From a bacterium (lineage in GTDB: Bacteria > Desulfobacterota > Deferrisomatia > Deferrisomatales > Deferrisomataceae), in contig JALUTY010000085.1 of NCBI GenBank assembly GCA_027021615.1, positions 1-29,541 on the forward strand: a DNA stretch of 29,541 bases, read 5' to 3'. Numbering within the stretch: position 1 is the stretch's first letter; the number at the start of each line of letters is the position of its first letter. Position numbers and translations under genes: made by a program. Of this stretch, positions 24,024 through 29,541 are shown piece by piece. The notes beneath the pieces are model-generated. The model saw only the letters and a list, made by a program, of their open reading frames with translations. It was not told the DNA's origin and ran no database searches.

Positions 24024-24278
24024 CTACCGCCACGCTTCCGGGATGGGGTCCACCTCCTCCACCACCCGGATCGACCAGGGCTCGCCCACCCATTGCCCGC
24101 GGCCCAGGCGGGGCCACAGCCTTTCCGGGTACTTGGAGGGCTCACTCGACACCTTGGCCCGGACCACCTGGCACCGGTACTTGGCCCGGCCCGGGGTGAG
24201 GTCCCGGATCACCAGGCGGATCTCCTCGTCCTGGGGGACCTCCTGCAGGTTCTCGAAGAACGCGTCGTACTCAGCCAT
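24024..24278 (-). CDS. 84-aa protein, candidate small (gamma-type) subunit of the UbiD carboxylase
   Basis: ATG 24278 is preceded by CAAGGAG. Codon position 3 is G/C-rich. Size (~10 kDa) and position between UbiD paralogues match the small subunit of phenylphosphate carboxylase. There are no Cys pairs, so it is unlike the BsdD/VdcD zinc-ribbon subunits. Confidence 0.6.
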   Translation of the reverse strand: MAEYDAFFENLQEVPQDEEIRLVIRDLTPGRAKYRCQVVRAKVSSEPSKYPERLWPRLGRGQWVGEPWSIRVVEEVDPIPEAWR

Positions 24279-24295
24279 GGTTCGGACTCCTTGCC

Positions 24296-24525
24296 GGTAA
24301 CTTCGGTCGTCGGTCGTCAGTCTGGGCCTTCGGCCATATCAGGGGCCAGAATTCAGAAGTCAGTAGACAGGGAGAAGGATCTTCGGTGCGTCGAGAGGAT
24401 CCCCCCGGGAAACCGAACTGCTTTTCGGGATTTCCTGTCTTCTGTCCGCTGAAATCTGTCTCCTGAACCGTCGGCCCCATGCCTCCGGCGTGAAGGCTTC
24501 GGACCAACAAACGTTACCCTTCCCC
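24296..24525. repeat. repeat family R1, copy b, filling the ubiD-small gene intercistronic gap
   Basis: Aligns with the reverse complement of 1270-1520. Shared blocks: GGTAACTTCGGTCGTCGGTCGTCAGTC, ATCAGGGGCCAGAA, TCTGTCCGCTGAAATCTGTCTCCTGAACCG and GGACCAACAAACGTTACCCTTCCCC. Confidence 0.7.
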
Positions 24526-24556
24526 GTTGTAGGGCTCCGCAGGGGCCTCACGGGGC

Positions 24557-26005
24557 TTATTCGGAAAACCCGTATGCCTTCCAGTTGGCCAGCACCTTGT
24601 CCCGGATCTCCTGGGGGTAGACCGTGTCGAACGCCACGAGGATCGGGATGTCGGAGGGCTGCCAGTCCCGCGGGAACAGGCAGTCGAACAGCACCTTGGC
24701 GCCCTTGCCCATGCGGCGCTCGGCCGGGGTGGCAAACGGGTTCAAAGGAGTGCCCACGTCCCCTTCGTACACGTGGATGCCGTTGACCGGATGGCATCGG
24801 GTGCTCAGGGCGTGGATCACCTGGTTCTTGTTGTAGATGTCGGTGTTCTCGTCCACCACCACCACCATGTGGAACCAGGGGCCCAGCTTGCTGCCGAACA
24901 CCAGGTTGGCGATCTGGCGGGCGATGCCGGTGTACGCGTGACGGGTGCCGATCACCACCAGGTGGTGGGTGGACTCGGGCCACATGTACACGCCGGTGAT
25001 CGGGATGCCCTGGCTCCGCAGGAGCTTCTCCATCTCGAGGCTCAGGGAGAACGACCGCAGGAGCTGGCCCTCGTCCGTGGGCACGCCCATGTTCGACACG
25101 GTGAGGATCGGGTTGTCCCGGAAGGTGATCGCCCGGATCCGGTACACGGTGCGCCGTTCCCGGGGCGAGGTGCGGTAGCCGGTGTACTCCCCGAAGGGGG
25201 CCTCCTCGAGCCAGACGCCCGGCAGCACCTCGCCCTCGATGATGATCTCGGCGTGGGCCGGCACCAGCAGGTCGGAGGTCTCGCACTTCACCACCTCCAC
25301 CGCCTCGCCCATGAGGAGGCTCGCGAACTCGTCCTCCGGGATCGGGGAGGGCGCGCAGGCGGCCACGCCGGACAGCGGGTCCATGCCGATCACCGTGGCG
25401 AACGGCATGGGCTGGTTCCGGGGCACGTACTTGTTGAAGAACATCTTGCCCATGTCGGAGAACGGCAGCACCGGGCCCACCATGGTCTTCTCGTCGAACA
25501 CCATCTGGCGGTACATGCCCCAGTTCACCTCTCCGGTGTCCGGGTCCTTGGCCACCACCATGTGCCAGGTGGCCAGGTACCGGCCGCCGTCGCCGTCGTG
25601 GACCATGGGCGCGGGCAGGTTGAACAGGTTGGCGTCGTCGCCCGTCCACACGTTCTGCTTGCACGGGGCCCGGCTGCGGTCCACCACCCTGGGCTTGAGG
25701 GGCTCGCCCCGCTCGGTGCGCTCCACATAGGCCCTGCCGATCTCCGGGATCGGGGTGGCGGCCGGAAGCCCCAGGGACACCGCCAGCTTCCGGTAGGTGG
25801 CCAGGGGCGCGCCCAGGGCCTCGAAGCCGGGGTAGTCCTTGATCTTCTTGAAGTGGGGCGACGGGCCCTGGAGCTCGCACACCCGCCGGACGATGGCCCC
25901 GAGCTCCAGGTCCCAGTCCACCTCGGGCTCGACCGTGACCAGGTCTCCGGTGGCCCGCAGGGCCTCGATGAACTCGCGGTTGTCCTTGTAGTAGCGGTAC
26001 GCCAT
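24557..26005 (-). CDS. UbiD-family (de)carboxylase subunit, phenylphosphate-carboxylase alpha/beta-like (482 aa)
   Basis: ATG 26005 is preceded by AAAGGGAG. UbiD signatures NWGMYR, EAPFGEYTGY and HMVVVVDENTDIYN are present. Confidence 0.85.
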   Translation of the reverse strand: MAYRYYKDNREFIEALRATGDLVTVEPEVDWDLELGAIVRRVCELQGPSPHFKKIKDYPGFEALGAPLATYRKLAVSLGLPAATPIPEIGRAYVERTERGEPLKPRVVDRSRAPCKQNVWTGDDANLFNLPAPMVHDGDGGRYLATWHMVVAKDPDTGEVNWGMYRQMVFDEKTMVGPVLPFSDMGKMFFNKYVPRNQPMPFATVIGMDPLSGVAACAPSPIPEDEFASLLMGEAVEVVKCETSDLLVPAHAEIIIEGEVLPGVWLEEAPFGEYTGYRTSPRERRTVYRIRAITFRDNPILTVSNMGVPTDEGQLLRSFSLSLEMEKLLRSQGIPITGVYMWPESTHHLVVIGTRHAYTGIARQIANLVFGSKLGPWFHMVVVVDENTDIYNKNQVIHALSTRCHPVNGIHVYEGDVGTPLNPFATPAERRMGKGAKVLFDCLFPRDWQPSDIPILVAFDTVYPQEIRDKVLANWKAYGFSE

Positions 26006-26144
26006 GGGGATCTCCCTTTCATGTAACTTCCGCTAGAAGGCTGGAATGCCAGGAGGCTAGAAGGCTTGGAATCCTGCCGGATTCCCATGCGTTCTAGGAA
26101 TCACCACGCCTCTTTGTCTCCACCTCACGGTCCGGAAAGCATGG
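26006..26144 (-). promoter_or_regulatory. conserved leader R4, copy a (contains CTAG micro-array 26033-26072)
   Basis: About 75-80% identical by eye to 26761-26898. Both abut a start codon and share CATGTAACTTCCGCTAG next to the RBS, plus CCGGATTCCC, TTCTAGG.ATCACCA.GCCTC and CTCCACCTCAC.GTCCGG. Confidence 0.55.
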
Positions 26145-26217
26145 TCTAGTTTCTAGTCTCTAGACGGCCCCGCAGGGGCCTGATGGAGCTTTCGTCGTGG
26201 AGCCGGGCTCTGTGGCC

Positions 26218-26760
26218 TCAGCCCCAGCCCATGTTCGCGATCTTCTCCACCAGGGCGCCCCATCGGCCCTGGGCCCTGAGGATGAACTCGGCCAGCTCCC
26301 GCAGCATGCCCTCGCCGCCGGCCCTGCGGGTGATGAGATGGGCCGCGTCCCGGACCTCGGGGACCCCGTTGGCCGGGCACACCGCGAATCCCACCCGGCG
26401 CATGGCGCCCAGGTCGATGATCTCGTCGCCCACGTAGCACACCTCGTCGGGGCCGATGCCGATCTCGGCCATGATCTCCTCCATCTTGGCCCACTTCTCC
26501 TTGGCCGCGTACACCCGCTTGATGCCCACCTCCTGGGCCCGGGCGAACACGATTTTGGACTTGCGGGTGAGCAGCGCCACCTCGATGCCCGACATCATCA
26601 GCACGTTGGCCCCGAACCCGTCGTCGTGGTGGAACACCTGGAACTTCACGCCGTCCTCGTTGAACAGGACCATGCCGTTCGTGAGCACGCCGTGGACGTC
26701 CAGGACCACCAACTTCACGCGCTTGGCCCGCTCGATCGCATCCATCATGTCGTAGGCCAT
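26218..26760 (-). CDS. KdsC-type HAD-superfamily protein, phenylphosphate-carboxylase delta-subunit-like (180 aa)
   Basis: ATG 26760 is preceded by AAAGGAGG. It is collinear with KdsC (LVVLDVHGVLTNG..., DGFG, GDEIIDLGAM, AGGEGMLRE). Motif I reads DVHG instead of DVDG. Confidence 0.85.
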   Translation of the reverse strand: MAYDMMDAIERAKRVKLVVLDVHGVLTNGMVLFNEDGVKFQVFHHDDGFGANVLMMSGIEVALLTRKSKIVFARAQEVGIKRVYAAKEKWAKMEEIMAEIGIGPDEVCYVGDEIIDLGAMRRVGFAVCPANGVPEVRDAAHLITRRAGGEGMLRELAEFILRAQGRWGALVEKIANMGWG

Positions 26761-26898
26761 GGAATGCCTCCTTTCATGTAACTTCCGCTAGGACGCTGGG
26801 AGGCTGGGACGTTAGGAGGTTTGAAAACCTCCCGGATTCCCGCGCCTTCTAGGCATCACCATGCCTCCTCGCCTCCACCTCACAGTCCGGGGGCATGG
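26761..26898 (-). promoter_or_regulatory. conserved leader R4, copy b (contains CTAG micro-array 26788-26819)
   Basis: See 26006-26144. The minus-strand sense contains hairpins AGGCATGGTGATGCCT and GGAGGTTTTCAAACCTCC, and several CCTCC anti-SD-like motifs upstream of the AAAGGAGG RBS. Confidence 0.55.
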
Positions 26899-27052
26899 GG
26901 ATCAGGAGTCAGAGGACAGACGTCAGTGGACAGGGCGTGGTCCCACGACGCCGCTTTGGCCCCAGTGTCTTTGCCCCTCTTCTGGCTCCTGTCCCCTGAA
27001 ACCCATGCCCCGCCGCCGATGGCCCCAGGACCACCAAGCGTTACCTTTCCTC
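26886..27052. repeat. repeat family R1, copy c (partial)
   Basis: CCGGGGGCATGGGGATCAGGAGTCAGAGGACAGACGTCAGTGGACAGGGCGTGGTCCCACGACGCCGCTTTGGCC...GGACCACCAAGCGTTACC aligns closely with the reverse complement of 1281-1450. Confidence 0.7.
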
Positions 27053-27099
27053 GTACCGGGCCTCGCAGGGGGACTGGAGGGGCTTTTCAGTAAGCTCTC

Positions 27100-28515
27100 T
27101 CAGCCGTCCAGCCCCAGCTCCTTCCAGCGTTTCTTGATCCGCTCCACCACCTCGGGCACCAGGGCCACCTCCACCGGCTTCTGCTCCCACTCGAACGGAA
27201 CGGTGGCGTCCAGCAGGATGCGGGAGGTGATGAGCTTGTTGGAGTCGGGGTCCAGGGCGGGGTCCAGGGGCGTGGAGCGGCCGCGCTGGATGATCTGGGT
27301 GTCCCGGGCCGGATCGAACCGGGTGGCCAAGGCCCACCAGACCCGGGGCAGGTCGTCGGCGCGCACGTCGTGGTCCACCACGATCACCCCCTTGGTGCCG
27401 TAGGTGCAGGTGTTGCTGGCCACCACCGCGGCCGCCACCTGGTTGGCGTGGCCGGGGTACATCTGGCGCACGCTCACGATGGCCCAGAACCGGCCGCAGG
27501 CCTCCGGCGGCAGGTACACCGACTCGATGCCGGGGATCCGCATCTTCTCCAGCTCGGTCCACAGCGTGGCCCCGCGCACGAACGCGAGCATCCAGTGGTT
27601 GTCGGTGACCGGGCGGCCCACGGACGTGGCCCACAGGATCGGCTTGTTCCGGTGGTACACGCGTTCGACCACCATGGAGGGTTTGGGAATGGGGTGGAAC
27701 AGCTCGTCGGTGTAGTACCCGGTGTACTCGCCGAACGGTCCCTCGGGCCGCAGATCGTCGGGGTCGATCCAGCCCTCGAGCACGATCTCCGCGTCGGCCG
27801 GGATCGGAAGGCCGGTGACCTTGCCCTGGGTGACCGTGACCGGCTCGCCCCGGAGCGACCCCACCACGTCGTACTCGCTGGCCTTGGCCACCATGGCGCT
27901 TCCCGCGAGCATGAGGAGGGGATCGCACCCGATCACCACGCAGGCGGGCATCTTCTGCCCGGCCTTCTTGTACTTCTTCAGGATGCGGTCGCCCCGCTTG
28001 CCCTTGAGGATCTGGACCCCGATGCGGTTCTTCTCCTGGGCCTGCATCCGGTAGGTGCCCAGGTTGATCTCACCGGTCTCGGGGTCGCGGGTCACCAGGA
28101 ACACGGCCGTGCCGATGTAGCGGCCGCCGTCCTTCTCGAAGAACCGGGGGGAGGGGAACCGGAAGATGTCCACGTGGTCGTCGCTGTACTCGTTTTCAAA
28201 CACCGGTCCCGACTCCACCTCCTGAGCCGGGATGATCTTGTCCACCGCGAGCTTCATCCACTCGCGGGTGAGCTCGCACAGGCTCAGATGGGTGGGTTTG
28301 CCCAGGGCCAGGGCCAGCCGCTGGGTGGTGGCGAACGCACCCGTGAACACGGGGCTGTCGTAATCCTTGACGTTCTCGAACAGGAGGGCCGGCCCCTCCT
28401 GTTCCTCCACGAGCTTGGCCACGTGGCTGAGCTCCAGGTCCCAGTCCACCTCGGCGCCGATCCGCTTGAGCTGCCCCTCTTCCTCGCAGCGGGCGATGAA
28501 GTCCCTGAGGTCCAT
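27100..28515 (-). CDS. UbiD-family (de)carboxylase subunit, phenylphosphate-carboxylase alpha/beta-like (471 aa)
   Basis: ATG 28515 (MDLRDFIARCEEEGQLKRI, a typical UbiD N-terminus) is preceded by GAAGGAGGGAG. NLGTYRMQ, EGPFGEYTGYY and GVIVVDHDV blocks are present. The track start at 28641 is an extension without an RBS. Confidence 0.9.
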   Translation of the reverse strand: MDLRDFIARCEEEGQLKRIGAEVDWDLELSHVAKLVEEQEGPALLFENVKDYDSPVFTGAFATTQRLALALGKPTHLSLCELTREWMKLAVDKIIPAQEVESGPVFENEYSDDHVDIFRFPSPRFFEKDGGRYIGTAVFLVTRDPETGEINLGTYRMQAQEKNRIGVQILKGKRGDRILKKYKKAGQKMPACVVIGCDPLLMLAGSAMVAKASEYDVVGSLRGEPVTVTQGKVTGLPIPADAEIVLEGWIDPDDLRPEGPFGEYTGYYTDELFHPIPKPSMVVERVYHRNKPILWATSVGRPVTDNHWMLAFVRGATLWTELEKMRIPGIESVYLPPEACGRFWAIVSVRQMYPGHANQVAAAVVASNTCTYGTKGVIVVDHDVRADDLPRVWWALATRFDPARDTQIIQRGRSTPLDPALDPDSNKLITSRILLDATVPFEWEQKPVEVALVPEVVERIKKRWKELGLDG

Positions 28516-28659
28516 GTCTCCCTCCTTCGCAAAAAATCGTTTGATGAGTTGCGACTCTAGCGCCCGGTGGAGGCGGGGTCCAATCATATGTTTTGCGTTG
28601 ATGTATAAGGTGGGGTTATGCTCTTGGTCGCAGGTCGTCACCCGCCACCCGTTACTGCC

Positions 28660-29541
28660 ATGCTCAACTTCAACCAGCTACGAACGTTCTACGAGGTCGC
28701 ACGGAGCGGAAGCTTTACCCGGGCGGCAGAGACCCTGTGCGTCACCCAGCCGGCCGTGTCGGGGCAGATTCGGGCCCTGGAAGAGGCCCTGGGGCTTCGG
28801 CTGTTCCGGCGTCGGGGGCGGAGCATGGTGCTGACCGAGGCGGGGACGCTGGTGTTCCGGCAGGCCGAGCGGGTGTTCGCCCTGGAGAGGGAGATCGAGG
28901 GGCTGGTGGAGGAGCTCCGGAACGTACGCCAGGGGCTGCTCAAGGTGGGCACCACCAAGACGTACGCCCGGTACGTGATGCCCGACATCCTGGGCCGATT
29001 CCACGCCGCATACCCCGGGATCCGGATCGTGCTGGACGAGGGGGCGTCCGCGGCGGTGGTCCGGTCGGTCCTCGAAGGCGGCAGCGAGATGGCCGTGGTG
29101 GGCCTGGCGGAACCGGTCCGGGGGCTGCGGTGCGTTCCGTTCCGGCGGGAGGAGGTGGTGCTGTTCGCCGCCCCGGGCCACCCCCTGGCGGGCCGGGGCG
29201 GGGTGGGGTTTTCGGAGCTGGCGGGGGAGCTGATGGTCCTCAAGGAGGAGGGCTCGACCACCCGCACCCTGGTGCGCGATGCCTGTCGGCGGCACGGTGT
29301 CTCGCCCAAGGTGCTGGTGGAGACCAGCAACCTGGAGTTCATCAAAGACGTGGTGGCCCGGGGGGAGGGGATCTCGTTCTTGGTTCGGTGCGCGGTGGAG
29401 GAGGAGCTGAGGGCGGGGAAGGTGGTGGAGATCCCGCTCCGGGACGAGCGCCTATGGCTGGACGTGTTCATCGTGTGCCCGGAGCCGGACGTGCTCTCCC
29501 CGGCCGCGCGGGCGTTCCTGGAGATCCTGGAGAAAAGCTAG
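28660..29541 (+). CDS. LysR-type transcriptional regulator, divergent from the UbiD operon
   Basis: ATG 28660 gives MLNFNQLRTFYEVARSGSFTRAAETLCVTQPAVSGQIRALE, a canonical LTTR wHTH, followed by a C-terminal substrate-binding domain. The stop is at 29539-29541. Confidence 0.9.
   Translation: MLNFNQLRTFYEVARSGSFTRAAETLCVTQPAVSGQIRALEEALGLRLFRRRGRSMVLTEAGTLVFRQAERVFALEREIEGLVEELRNVRQGLLKVGTTKTYARYVMPDILGRFHAAYPGIRIVLDEGASAAVVRSVLEGGSEMAVVGLAEPVRGLRCVPFRREEVVLFAAPGHPLAGRGGVGFSELAGELMVLKEEGSTTRTLVRDACRRHGVSPKVLVETSNLEFIKDVVARGEGISFLVRCAVEEELRAGKVVEIPLRDERLWLDVFIVCPEPDVLSPAARAFLEILEKS

Noticed and set aside
28516-28659. Search for a LysR T-N11-A box and for a sigma-54 promoter in the LysR/UbiD divergent region
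   Set aside because: Only loose dyads are present (ATCA-N12-TGAT, CGCAA-N16-TTGCG), with no properly spaced TGGC..TTGC. This is not strong enough to call a site.
22074-29541. Claiming that phenylphosphate synthase is absent from the organism
   Set aside because: The window ends at the LysR gene, so ppsA/ppsB-like genes could lie just beyond 29541 or elsewhere. Only 'not in this window' is supported.

Overview
Very GC-rich bacterial chromosomal window. Codon position 3 is almost always G/C, so the six-frame track is full of long antisense shadow ORFs, which I discarded. All calls rest on motif recognition by eye, with no database search. Repeat identities are by-eye estimates.

Bases 1-13.8 kb hold housekeeping and redox genes: the C-terminus of a RodZ-like protein, purine nucleoside phosphorylase, a PP-loop ATPase, recG, wecB and a cold-shock protein. 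There is also an ECF sigma / RsrA-like zinc anti-sigma / thioredoxin / TlpA / SagB-type operon, and an nrdD-grx-nrdG anaerobic ribonucleotide reductase operon with putative NrdR boxes.

Bases 13.9-29.5 kb look like an accessory anaerobic aromatic-activation locus:
- a sigma-54 response regulator and a divergent PAS histidine kinase;
- a candidate -24/-12 promoter driving a beta-RFAP-synthase-like GHMP protein and a 'MetA-pathway of phenol degradation'-type outer-membrane channel;
- a PaaK-type aryl-CoA ligase, translationally coupled to a 61-aa unknown protein and followed by a 182-aa unknown protein;
- a LysR-headed operon with three UbiD paralogues, a KdsC-like HAD protein, an 84-aa protein and UbiX.

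This operon matches the subunit inventory of phenylphosphate carboxylase (alpha, beta, gamma, delta) plus prFMN supply. No phenylphosphate synthase gene lies inside the window.

Intergenic DNA, including the intercistronic gaps of that operon, is colonised by several repeat families: a 273-bp MITE-like foldback, a ~250-bp 3'-of-gene element, a ~135-nt duplicated leader, nested palindromes and 8-nt-phased CTAG micro-arrays. I saw no rRNA, tRNA, CRISPR, transposase or integrase.
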